Source of the DNA: an uncultured delta proteobacterium
GTDB taxonomy: Bacteria; Desulfobacterota; Binatia; UBA9968
DNA length: 64,000 bases
Reading direction: 5' to 3'
NCBI GenBank assembly: GCA_963745835.1
Contig: CAVUZH010000018.1
Location: 448,001-512,000 of the forward strand
The notes below the pieces were generated by a model. The model saw only the letters and a program-made list of their open reading frames with translations, searched no databases and was not told where the DNA came from. Below are positions 10,383 through 20,100 of this stretch, in pieces; within the stretch, counting starts at the first letter, position 1, and the number at the start of each line of letters is the position of its first letter. A program made the translations under genes and the position numbers.

Positions 10383-10950
10383 ATGACTCTGAATAAAATC
10401 AGAAAGATTTTAGCATTGGCGCTAATAATCGGCTCGGCACATGGGTTTTCCCCTACTATCGCACTGGCAACGACGCGCGAGCGCGATCGATCGTGATGCT
10501 CGATCGGTTTTGGATAAACTTTACAAGCTTATACCGGACGCAAAGGCTTTGGCCGACAAAGCCGTCGCGGTCTTGGTGTTTCCGAGCATTGTCAAAGGCG
10601 GCTTCATTATCGCGGGACAGTTTGGCGACGGCGCTTTAACAAAAAAGGGTAAGAGCGTGGCGTACTATCGATCGCTTTCCGCGTCTTATGGATACCAGGC
10701 CGGCATTCAGTCGTTCGGCTATGTGCTGTTCTTCATGGACAATGCCTCGCTTGAGTATCTTAACAACAGTGACGGCTGGGAGCTGGGAGTAGGACCGAGT
10801 TTGGTAGTGCTCGATGAGGGCTTCGGCAAGCACTTGTCGTCGACAACTCTGCAGAAGGGTGTTTATGCGTTTATCTTCGACCAGACGGGACTCATGGCCG
10901 GTATGGGTATACAAGGAACGAAAATCACCAGAATTAATCCGAATCCCTAA
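10383..10950 (+). CDS. SYLF/Ysc84-like lipid-binding exported protein, +1 frameshift near 10475
   Basis: AVLVFPSIVKGGFIIAGQFGDG, SYGYQAG and GLMAGMGIQGTKI motifs. The signal peptide MTLNKIRKILALALII is in another frame from ATG 10383, after RBS AGGAG. Confidence 0.8.
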
Positions 10951-10967
10951 CAGCAGCAAACGCTCAT

Positions 10968-11135
10968 AAGCACGAAACTCGAACACTTCGAAACGAATTC
11001 CAAATCAGTACAATCGAAGCATCCGAATGTTCCGAAACACGTCCTGATTCTCGATCACGTTTTGCGAGTCTCGAGCTCGAGATCGTTTGGCTGCGAGTCT
11101 TGTTTCGGATTTCGAGCTTCGGATTTCGGATTTTT
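10968..11135. repeat. Palindromic element with 7-nt (TTTCGGA-type) terminal units
   Basis: AAGCACGAAACTCGAA...TTTCGGATTTCGAGCTTCGGATTTCGGATTT; related copy at 49303-49680. Confidence 0.75.
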
Positions 11136-11154
11136 TATTTGAAGGAGAGAAGCG

Positions 11155-11646
11155 ATGAGAATGGACCTTGTGAAGAAAACAATTGGCGTTGCAATGGCGA
11201 TTATGGTTCTTGGCTGCGCCCCTTTGAGTTTTGCGCAAGACAAGCGGGCCGACAACATGGAAATTTTGCGCGACAAGATCAGGGCGGACAAAAAACTTGT
11301 TGTCGCGACTAATATGGAACTGACCGAGTCGGAGGCCAAGAACTTCTGGCCGATTTATGACCAGTATCAGAAAGATCTGCAGAATATTAACGGACGCGTC
11401 CTGGCCCTATTGGAGAGCTATGCAGCTGACTTCAAGGGCAAATCGCTGACCGATGACAAGGCGAAAAAACTCATCGATGAGGCGGTGGCGATCGATCAGG
11501 CCGAGGCCAATCTGAAAAGCACTTATGCGCCTCAATTGGGCAAGGCGTTGCCGGCGAGGAAAGTCGCGCGCTACATGCAAATTGAGAACAAGATCCGCGC
11601 CGTGGTGAAGTACGATCTCGCCCAGGGTGTGCCGCTGGTGCGCTAG
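11155..11646 (+). CDS. Exported helical hypothetical protein (paralogue B)
   Basis: RBS AAGGAG; signal peptide (..SFA|Q); ADKKLVVATNMELTESEAKNFWPIYDQYQ. Confidence 0.8.
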   Translation: MRMDLVKKTIGVAMAIMVLGCAPLSFAQDKRADNMEILRDKIRADKKLVVATNMELTESEAKNFWPIYDQYQKDLQNINGRVLALLESYAADFKGKSLTDDKAKKLIDEAVAIDQAEANLKSTYAPQLGKALPARKVARYMQIENKIRAVVKYDLAQGVPLVR

Positions 11647-11878
11647 GTAAGTGAGAAACTTAATGGACTATTCGAAAAAGGAAAGCCCAAAGGCAAAAGC
11701 GCCATCTGGCTCTTAGCATTTTTCGATCCTGAGTTTGGGCGCAGCCAGCGTCAGTCAATCATCTATACTCAACTGTCACGCCTCAATAGTTTTTTGCTGG
11801 CCCGGCTGAGCGCTATGCTGGAGCTGGCAGGTAAGTCATGGGGTTGCAATCGATAGGCGCTTCGATGTCGGATATCCA

Positions 11879-11898
11879 TATTGGACCAAAGTCCAATA
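11879..11898 (+). promoter_or_regulatory. Palindromic operator copy 4 (perfect)
   Basis: TATTGGACCAAAGTCCAATA about 100 bp upstream of ATG 12001. Confidence 0.85.
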
Positions 11899-12000
11899 TA
11901 CAGAGCTGGTGCTCTTCAGTAATAAATCCGTACTGACGAAATCTCTTCGAATTGCCGGTCTTGTTGCATATTGGGGTCGAGTTTTTAAAGGGAGAGTTAC

Positions 12001-12864
12001 ATGGCGAAAAGCAAGGCAGCGTTTTGCACATTGTTGATCACGTTGATTATGGCTGGTCCAGGATGGAGCCAAGACTTGGACGGCACTCTCAAGAAGATCA
12101 AGGCAGAGAGCACCCTGACACTTGGTTATCTCGAGTCGGCACCGCCATTCTCTTTTCCGGGACCGGATAGACGACCGGTGGGCTACTCCATCGATCTGTG
12201 CACACAGGTCGCAAGCGCGATTCAGAAACAACTCGGGATCAATCTCAAGCTTAACTGGGTGCCGGTCACGACGGAGAATCGCGTTGAGATGGTGGCATCA
12301 GGCAAGGTCGATATCGAATGCGGTACCAGCACCGCTAGTCTTTCCCGCCAGGAACGAGTGGATTTCAGTTTGATGACCTTTGTCGACGGCGGAGGCCTGC
12401 TGACCAAGTCCGACTTTAAGCTTGGCGCTATGGCCGATCTGGCGGATAAACGCATCGCCGTCATCCCCGGTACCACGACTGAGGCCGCATTGGGAAAATT
12501 CCTCAAAGAGGAATTTGTTTCCGTCAAATACGTTCCTGTCAAAGATCACGTGGAGGGGCTGGCGGCGATAGAAAAAGGCTCAGCTGAAGCGTTTGCCTCC
12601 GACCGCGGGATTTTGGTTGGACTTGCGGTCACCTCTAAGGACCCTAAGCTTTACGCCCTGCCGAATATCTTTTTCTCATATGAACCTTATGGATTCATGG
12701 TGCGCCGGAACGACGCGGACTTTCGCCTGCTGGTCAATCGAGCACTGGCCGGTCTTTACCGCTCGGGCGGCATCGCTCCTATTTACGACCGATGGTTCGG
12801 ATCTTTCGGCACCCCCAGCCCGGCAATAAAGGCGATGTATTTTCTCAACGCGCTCCCCGAGTGA
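12001..12864 (+). CDS. Amino-acid ABC transporter substrate-binding protein (GltI-like, family 3)
   Basis: TLKKIK...PPFSF...GYSIDLC, VDIECG, RQERVDFS and EPYGFMVR motifs; no cognate permease adjacent. Confidence 0.9.
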   Translation: MAKSKAAFCTLLITLIMAGPGWSQDLDGTLKKIKAESTLTLGYLESAPPFSFPGPDRRPVGYSIDLCTQVASAIQKQLGINLKLNWVPVTTENRVEMVASGKVDIECGTSTASLSRQERVDFSLMTFVDGGGLLTKSDFKLGAMADLADKRIAVIPGTTTEAALGKFLKEEFVSVKYVPVKDHVEGLAAIEKGSAEAFASDRGILVGLAVTSKDPKLYALPNIFFSYEPYGFMVRRNDADFRLLVNRALAGLYRSGGIAPIYDRWFGSFGTPSPAIKAMYFLNALPE

Positions 12865-13134
12865 CAGATTTGCTCTGCAGCGACATTCGATTTGAGTCTC
12901 CAGAGATGAATTGGAGATTAGCAATCGGAGTTAAGCAAAGCCTCGAGTTCTCAGTTAAGCCATTTTCGTTGACTCGCCAGTCGACGTTCATCTATCAAGC
13001 CGCAACATCGGGTGCTGCGATTCTTTCGAATCCGCTTTGTTACTCCAGCAGGTTGCTGAAAAAAGCCCTCTTACAGTCTCTACTGTCCTGCCCCAGAAGT
13101 TCGCTCCGTTATGGCGCCGTCTTTCGCTGATTAT

Positions 13135-13352
13135 TAACCCTAATCCGACAATAGTTGAGCGCTGTCAGCAGTGAGCGAGGACGGCGAGGCTGCAAGCCGC
13201 GGGCATTCGAGCACGCAGTTGGCTCTAAGGCCCCGACGTACCAAACATCACCTTTAGGGTAATGTGGGGCGGCCTTCGAGGCACTGTCCCATTGCCCATG
13301 GCTGTAGGGCTCGCTGCCCTCGCGGGGTTCGAATAATGTCGGATTAGGATTA
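13135..13352. mobile_element. MITE, about 218 bp, with imperfect about 26-bp terminal inverted repeats ending in TA
   Basis: Left end TAACCCTAATCCGACAATAGTTGAGC; right end (reverse complement) TAATCCTAATCCGACATTATTCGAAC; no transposase ORF. Confidence 0.7.
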
Positions 13353-13512
13353 GTTAGTTTTATCAGGGCGGTTCGATGGCCGGATATCTAAGTCGAAAGA
13401 GGATTTCTCGTGCCACAATTGTGCGGCGGTAAAGCGCACCCATTGTCGCCGAAAAGCAACCGCCGCGGTTCGAGAAAGCAATCGAGCAATTGATTGCCGC
13501 GGCATTAATCCC

Positions 13513-16500
13513 ATGAAATTACCGCGCGCCATCACATTCGCCGGGGCCGCTGCTGCGGTCGTAATAGTCGCGGCCGTTGCCAGTGCGTTGCTTCTTCCCT
13601 GGCTCATCGACAGCCGGCTGGTCAAAGAGAAAATCAGCTCGGAATTGCTCAAAAGAACATACGCGAGCGTGATCTTCGACAAGATCACCCTTCTGTGGTT
13701 TCCCTGGCCCACCTTGGTCATCGAGAACACCGAAATTTCTCTTGAGGACAACGCCCGGGCTTCGATTCGCAGTGTCAGGATCTATCCGTCGATTTATCAT
13801 CTGCTCACCGGCAGACTCATCGTGCACCGAGCGCTGTTGCAGGAGCCCCGAATAACCTATCGCGTGCCGCAGCATCCGGGAACACCGTTGGATCTCGAAG
13901 AGTGGGAAGAACAAATTCGCTCTGCTTTGGTTCGTCTCACCGAAGAATCGCCCGCTTCGGACATACAGCTTTCCAACGGATCCGCTGAGATCAGCATCGG
14001 TGACAAACCACCGATGCTTCTCGAAGATGTGACGGCTCAAACGATCGCCTCCCCTGAACAGTTTCGATTTACGATCTCGGCACGCTCGAATCTCTGGGAG
14101 CAGTTGCGGGGCGAAGGGAGTATCTCTCCGGAAAGTCTCGAATCACAGTTACATGTAGGTCTCCAGCAGATCAACATCAGAGAGACTCTTGTTCTGATTG
14201 CGCCGCAGATTGCCGAAGGCGCGAGAGATGGCAAGGCGACCTTCGATATCAAGATGAGTTCCGTCGGTCTACGACACATGAAAGCAGCGGTCGACGGATC
14301 GGTCGGCCCGTTCGTTTTCACCGGACATGGCGGTACCGCTACTGTCGAGGCAAAGAGATTACGAGGCGGGATTACTTACGAAGGGAAAGTTTTCCAGGTC
14401 AACGTGGAGCAGCTAGAACTCGGATCGCCACGGCTGCAAGCTTCAGGACAGCTTAAAATCCAACCGGGTTCTTTATCTGCACAAATCAAGGTTCGCGACG
14501 TCAATATCGCCGAGGTCAACCATATGGCGCTGCGGTTGGTCGACGACACCGAACCGGCTAAGCGAATAATGCGCTACATTCCAGCGGGAACAATTCCGGA
14601 AGTAAATTTTCACAGTTCCGGACGTTCGCTTGCTGAAATGATCTCGAGCCAAAATATTGTAGTCGCCGCAGCGGTGCGTGACTGTAGGATATTGATTCCT
14701 GCCTATGATCTGGAGTTCAAAAATGTGGGCGGCTCGCTGCGAATTGCCAACGGCGTTTTGGAAGCTAGCAACGTCACGGCCAATCTTGGAACGGCGAAGG
14801 GGTGGAACGGCAAGCTCAGGCTTGGGCTTGATGGAAAGAGCGCGCCTTTTCATCTCGACATATCGGCGCACAGCGCCGCACCGGACCTGCACTCCTTCTT
14901 GCTGAAGACCGTCGACAAGGAACCCTTGCGCGGAGAATTGCTGAAGCTGCGAAACGTTTCAGGCGAGCTGTCCGGGAGAGTGGTTTTGGGCGACTCGCTG
15001 GATGCGATCTCACCGGTTGTGACAATTTCGGCATTGGCCATCAGCGCCAGCTATGAGGACATGCCGTTCCCCATCGAGATTAGACGCGGCCGGTTCAGCT
15101 ATGACCGAAGACTCATCAAGCTTGAGAACGCCCAGGGATCCGTAGGGCGCTCGATCTTTGACGGCGTTGGCCTGAGTTTGGATTCTCACGGAGGACGCCG
15201 GCTGAGCGTCGACTCGGGGCGGGTTTCTTTGGACCTGCAACAGATGGAGATTTTGCTTCAGCGCTTTAACAATGTGGCAGCACAATTTGCGAAGTTTCAG
15301 TCCGCGCGCGGCTCCGTCGAGTTGGAGAGACTCGCTCTCTCAGGAGCTTATGACGATCCTGCGGCATGGATCTTCGCGAGCGCGGGCAGATTCCATGGCG
15401 TTGAGATAACCCATGCAGATCTCCCTGGGCCGGTGACTGTCACCCGGGGACAATTCACTGCCAACCAGGAGAAATTTGATTTCTCGGAGACTGCGTTAGC
15501 GATTGCCGATGCTTCCTGGCTTGGTGCCGGTACATTCGAATACTTGAAAGAAGCATCGCGTTTTTTCGTCATCAAGGGGACGGGAACGATCGGCGCCCAA
15601 ATGACTGAGTGGCTCAGCCATCAAATCCAATGGCCCGAAGAGTTGAAGCTTCGTTCCCCTCTGAAAATTGCGGCAAAACAGCTGGCGTGGCGCGCAGGCG
15701 GGAACATCTCGTTTAACGGGCAGGTGACGGCCGCGGGTGGTCCGCAGCTTTCCCTGGTAGCGGTGAAAAATCCTCAGTGGCTCGGCGTGCAGAATCTTAG
15801 CATTCAGGATGGCGACCGGCGCGCCCGAGTGATCTTTTTAGTTGCTAAGGACCAGCTCGAGTTCTCGTTCAGCGGTGCCCTGGTGCAGCAAACGATCGAT
15901 AAGATATTTGCATCTTTTCCCACTAAAGATAGCGCTCTCAGTGGTGAGATCCAGCTAAGCGCTTCGCTGACCCGTCCCGTCAGGGTCTCCGCCCAAGGTC
16001 GATTAGAGGGAAGCAACCTATGGCTGCCCTTGGGAACTGAAAAAGCGCTGCTGGAAAGATTCGATATCGAGGCGAGCGGGGACAGCTTGAGCGTGCGATC
16101 CGCAGATCTCCTTTGGAGTAAGAGCCGCTTTGCCGTTTCGGGGAAAGTCGCCGGAACAAGGGAGAACCTCAGGCTGGATCTCGACGTTACCGGCGACCAG
16201 CTTGACTGGGAGGAACTCCAGCGTATTTTCGCCGGCGGAGGCAAGCAGCGGCAACCAGAAAAAGTCGGAGCGGAGTCTTTTCCGACGATGGAAGGCACGA
16301 TTCGCTTCAGAACGAACCGCTTCGCGTTTGCAGGTTTCGACTTTACCGCATTAGAGACGATGGCAACCATCTCCCCGTCAGGAATCAGAGCCAAGATTGA
16401 TCAAGCGATTGTGTGCGGAATCAATGTCATGGGACGCGTGGATGTCATCGGCAGCGAAATCGGAGTCGATGTGGAGCTCGCAGCGAGAAGCGCCCAGCTC

Positions 16501-17157
16501 GAGCCCACGACGGTTTGTCTCACGAATCGACAAAACCAGGTGACGGGATCCTATTCTTTGGCCGCGCGTCTTTTAGCACGAGGCGAGCGAGATCATTTGT
16601 TAAGAGCGCTTCAGGGCACTTTTGAGCTCACCGCTCGAAACGGTGAGTTCATTCGTTCACCGGGAATTGATGCTACATTCGACTACCTCAACGCTACCGG
16701 TGACTTCCAAACCGCATTCCCTGATCTTGATAGGCAGACGTTTCCTTATCGCTCTGTCGAAGTTAAGGGGAGGATTGAAGGCAAGATGCTGATAGGCGAT
16801 GAGATCAATGTTAGCTCATCCCGGATCAACCTGAGCGGCCAGGGCAGAGTCGACCTGGAGCGAAACCAGATTGACGGTAAAGGCCTCATCGCCGTCCTCA
16901 AACCTGTAGACGAGGTGATCCGCCGGATCCCGGGAATTAGGTCGGTGCTTGGTGGCTCCCTGTTAGGCATCCCCGTGCGAGTTACCGGTGAGCTCGAACA
17001 CCCCGATGTTAGCTATTTGTCGCCCGCAGACGTTGGCGCGGAGCTGATAAATATTCCATTGAGAATTCTCGGCGTGCCCATCGGCGCCATGAGGCTCTTT
17101 ACTCCGCGGCGTGATTTGCGTGATAGAAAATCACCAAGTCAGCCAAGCGGGTCGTGA
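13513..17157 (+). CDS. AsmA-like / YhdP-type large periplasmic beta-strand protein
   Basis: N-terminal TM anchor and 1214 aa of repeating beta-rich sequence. C-terminal AsmA_2-like region INLSGQGRVDL...IPGIRSVLGG..VRVTGELEHPDVS. Confidence 0.8.
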   Translation: MKLPRAITFAGAAAAVVIVAAVASALLLPWLIDSRLVKEKISSELLKRTYASVIFDKITLLWFPWPTLVIENTEISLEDNARASIRSVRIYPSIYHLLTGRLIVHRALLQEPRITYRVPQHPGTPLDLEEWEEQIRSALVRLTEESPASDIQLSNGSAEISIGDKPPMLLEDVTAQTIASPEQFRFTISARSNLWEQLRGEGSISPESLESQLHVGLQQINIRETLVLIAPQIAEGARDGKATFDIKMSSVGLRHMKAAVDGSVGPFVFTGHGGTATVEAKRLRGGITYEGKVFQVNVEQLELGSPRLQASGQLKIQPGSLSAQIKVRDVNIAEVNHMALRLVDDTEPAKRIMRYIPAGTIPEVNFHSSGRSLAEMISSQNIVVAAAVRDCRILIPAYDLEFKNVGGSLRIANGVLEASNVTANLGTAKGWNGKLRLGLDGKSAPFHLDISAHSAAPDLHSFLLKTVDKEPLRGELLKLRNVSGELSGRVVLGDSLDAISPVVTISALAISASYEDMPFPIEIRRGRFSYDRRLIKLENAQGSVGRSIFDGVGLSLDSHGGRRLSVDSGRVSLDLQQMEILLQRFNNVAAQFAKFQSARGSVELERLALSGAYDDPAAWIFASAGRFHGVEITHADLPGPVTVTRGQFTANQEKFDFSETALAIADASWLGAGTFEYLKEASRFFVIKGTGTIGAQMTEWLSHQIQWPEELKLRSPLKIAAKQLAWRAGGNISFNGQVTAAGGPQLSLVAVKNPQWLGVQNLSIQDGDRRARVIFLVAKDQLEFSFSGALVQQTIDKIFASFPTKDSALSGEIQLSASLTRPVRVSAQGRLEGSNLWLPLGTEKALLERFDIEASGDSLSVRSADLLWSKSRFAVSGKVAGTRENLRLDLDVTGDQLDWEELQRIFAGGGKQRQPEKVGAESFPTMEGTIRFRTNRFAFAGFDFTALETMATISPSGIRAKIDQAIVCGINVMGRVDVIGSEIGVDVELAARSAQLEPTTVCLTNRQNQVTGSYSLAARLLARGERDHLLRALQGTFELTARNGEFIRSPGIDATFDYLNATGDFQTAFPDLDRQTFPYRSVEVKGRIEGKMLIGDEINVSSSRINLSGQGRVDLERNQIDGKGLIAVLKPVDEVIRRIPGIRSVLGGSLLGIPVRVTGELEHPDVSYLSPADVGAELINIPLRILGVPIGAMRLFTPRRDLRDRKSPSQPSGS

Positions 17158-17198
17158 AAATAGCCGCGCACGGATGTTCGACATTCGCAGAGGTCTTT

Positions 17199-17597
17199 AT
17201 GAATAGATCTTTAGGCTTCAAAATCATCCTCTTTTTGGCGTTTTTGCAAAGCGTTTTTGGTCTTATGCGCGCGTATAACTGGGTGCAAATTGGTGTCGAC
17301 ATTTTTGGTCAGGGAGGTTTGTTTTTGCCTTTAGTCGGTGCGTTGGCAGTGATGCGCGGTCTGATTATCTCGGTTGTTGCGCTGTTATATCTGTTGTCAG
17401 TTTTCGGAGCGCTGCTGGCAAAAGGTTGGGCTTGGTGGACCGGTGTGATCGCAGTCGTGCTCAACCTGCTGCTGGTTCTGGCTGGCTTAGCTCAAGGGGC
17501 TTCCGTATTGGACGCCCTGGTCTGGTCGGTAATCCCAGTGATCCTATTGTTTTATCTGTTTACTCCGACGAAGAATAATGCACTCAGGAGCGCATAG
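17199..17597 (+). CDS. Small 4-TM membrane protein
   Basis: ATG 17199 after GAGG; four hydrophobic segments. Confidence 0.65.
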   Translation: MNRSLGFKIILFLAFLQSVFGLMRAYNWVQIGVDIFGQGGLFLPLVGALAVMRGLIISVVALLYLLSVFGALLAKGWAWWTGVIAVVLNLLLVLAGLAQGASVLDALVWSVIPVILLFYLFTPTKNNALRSA

Positions 17598-17620
17598 TGT
17601 TCCAGGACGCATGCCCGCCG

Positions 17621-17640
17621 TATTGGACCAAAGTCCAATA
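17621..17640 (+). promoter_or_regulatory. Palindromic operator copy 5 (perfect)
   Basis: TATTGGACCAAAGTCCAATA upstream of the PLD gene; possible weak secondary site CTGTTGACCAAAATCCGACA at 17788-17807. Confidence 0.85.
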
Positions 17641-17871
17641 GTTTTGCATTTTACCGTCTGCCAAATTACTGCCATACGAGATCGCCGAGCACAGCCCTGT
17701 TCTGGCTCATTGAACGATTCGCGGCATTAAGCCGCGAACAATCAGGAGCGTCGAGCAAGATCGGAAAGTAATAATGACGTTACTGTTCTGTTGACCAAAA
17801 TCCGACACACACCTGACGGAGTAACCATCGCGGTGCCAACCTCTTCACGGCGTGCCTTACAGGGGTGAAAT

Positions 17872-19424
17872 ATGGAGACTAGATATAAGTTGTACAAGGG
17901 CTTGTTGACGATTCTCGGACTGGCCTCTCTTCTGAGCGCGTGCAGTCCGGCGATCACCTGGGATTACCCGCGCACCCCGTCAAATCTTTTCGCACATCCG
18001 CAAGACCACTACCGTCGGCGCGCTGTTTCAGGAAGCGGCCGACAAGCATCCGGGACTATCCGGCTTCTCGGTTATTCGGCAAGGTGGTCCGGCGTTCATG
18101 GCTCGGCTGGCAATGGCCGAGTTGGCCGAAAAGACGCTCGGACGGGCAGTACTACATCTGGGATGGCGACACCAGCGGCCTGATCTTGGCCGACCGGCTG
18201 CTGCGTGCCGCCGACCGCGGCGTCCGTGTGCGCTTGTTGATCGACGACCATTATATGACGGAAACCAGAGACGCCAACATTGCGGCGCTCGACGCCCATC
18301 CCAGCATCGAGATCCGTTTCTTCAACCCGGTCAGGAACCGGCGGTGGCGCATGATGAGCTTCTTGGCCGAGTTTGGCCGGGTCAATCATCGGATGCACAA
18401 CAAGCTGTTCGTCATGGACAACGCTGTGGGAATTGTCGGCGGACGCAACATCGCGGATGTCTATTTTGGCGTGCGCACGGAGCATAACTATGTGGATCTC
18501 GATGTTATGAACGCCGGTCCGATCGTCAACGATTTATCGACGAGCTTCGATCTGTTCTGGAACAGTGAATGGGCGCTACCCGTCGGTGCGGTCGTGGAAG
18601 AGCGCGCGACCGAACAGAATTTGCGGGACTTTCGGAAACGGCTTGAGGAAAAACTCGCTGCCACCGGCTATCCGTATCCCATCGACGAACGTCTCGAGGG
18701 CCTTCGCTCGCGTTTGGTCGAGATCAGGGACACATTCACCTGGGCCCCGGCCAAAGTTTTGGTCGAGCATCCGTCCAGGGTTGCCACGGAAGCGGGCAAC
18801 GTTATCGCTTTGGCACTGCGCCAACGGGCCAATGAGGTGGAGCGCGAACTGTTGATCGAGTCGCCGTATTTTGTGCTGGGCGACCCGACGATCGAAAGAG
18901 TGCGAGAACTCACGGCGCGAGGTGTCAAGGTCCGCGTGTTGACCAATTCCGCCGCCTCTCATGACGTGCTCCCGGCGCTGGCGGGTTATGTCAATACGCG
19001 CAAGAAACTGCTCAATGCCGGCATCGAGCTGTACGAGTTGCGCGCGGATAGCGATATTCCACGGATCTGGTCGGTGTTGGCGGGAAAATCGGGAGCTGCG
19101 TTGCATTCCAAGTCCCTTGTGTTCGATCGCAAGTCGGTGTTCATCGGCAGTTTCAATCTCGATCCTCGATCGACGGCCCTCAACACCGAGATCGGTGTGA
19201 TGATCGACAGTCCGGAGATTGCTAGCCGGGTGGGAGAGTTGATGGATGAAGGGATCTCCCCCGGCAGCGCCTTTCACGTCACGCTCGACAAGAACGATAA
19301 TCTGGTATGGACCGCTGAGAACAACGAGGAAAAAGTGGAGTACGACAAAGATCCGGAGACAAGTTTCTGGCACCGGTTCGTTGTCGGTATCGTCGGCTTG
19401 CTGCCGATTGAGGACCAGCTATAG
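17872..19424 (+). CDS. Phospholipase D family lipoprotein (cardiolipin synthase ClsC/YmdC-like), two +1 frameshifts near 18003 and 18140
   Basis: Lipobox LSAC; HKD motifs HNKLFVMD and HSKSLVFD; GSFNLDPRS. The protein reads continuously across ORFs 17872, 18098 and 17940. Confidence 0.85.
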
Positions 19425-19542
19425 AGGGGCTGTGGCGGGATTTTTCAAGATAACAGGAATCGAACGTCTTAGGTTGCTCCCGGATTTCTGGATTGAGCTG
19501 TGCTGTTTTCGTGCGAGTCGCGCGGCAACGAACATTGTGGCG

Positions 19543-19562
19543 TATTGGACCAAAGGCCAATA
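19543..19562 (+). promoter_or_regulatory. Palindromic operator copy 6 TATTGGACCAAAGGCCAATA
   Basis: 19/20 match; about 130 bp upstream of ATG 19693. Confidence 0.8.
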
Positions 19563-19692
19563 TACAGGCTCACCGATTCTGATAGAACGCTCGTGGATCC
19601 CAGTTACAGACAGTCCCATCGCTTGTGGAACTCGATCAAGCGGTGGGCGCAACGATCTCCGGCTAACGGGGATCAGAAAGGACAGGAGAACT

Positions 19693-20100
19693 ATGAAGAT
19701 AGGATACCTAGCAAAGGGCGTTGGCCTCGCGTCGGTTGTCGCGCTGGGTGCCATTGGCAGCGCCAGTGCTGACGAGTGGTTCGTGCTCAGTCAGAAGGCG
19801 ATCAAGTCCATGGATCCAAACGTGGAGATCAAGGCCGAAGCAGGGAAGATGTGGAAGGAGGACATCAAGAAGACGAAGATCACCGTCGAGGGCGCTGACG
19901 TGGAGATCACGAAGGTCGTCCTCCGCTGGCAGGGTCGTAAGGACGAAACCATCACGAAAGTGGGAGTCATAAAGTCGGGAGGACAAACGGCTGAGAAGGA
20001 CGCTCCAGGACGTGAATCGACCCTCACATCGGTGGCGGTCCAGTACAAGATCCTCAATGATAAACCGTCGGCCACCCTCAAGGTTTGGGGATACGACTGA
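19693..20100 (+). CDS. Small exported beta-sandwich protein (DUF2541/YaaI-like)
   Basis: RBS AGGAG, signal peptide ending ASA|D, and KITVEGADVEITKVVL. The longer ORF call from 19246 is an upstream extension through the operator. Confidence 0.65.
   Translation: MKIGYLAKGVGLASVVALGAIGSASADEWFVLSQKAIKSMDPNVEIKAEAGKMWKEDIKKTKITVEGADVEITKVVLRWQGRKDETITKVGVIKSGGQTAEKDAPGRESTLTSVAVQYKILNDKPSATLKVWGYD

Noticed and set aside
2483-19562. The six palindromes as a CRISPR array or integron attC sites
   Set aside because: Spacing is kilobases, there is no cas or intI gene, and there is no RYYYAAC...GTTRRRY structure.
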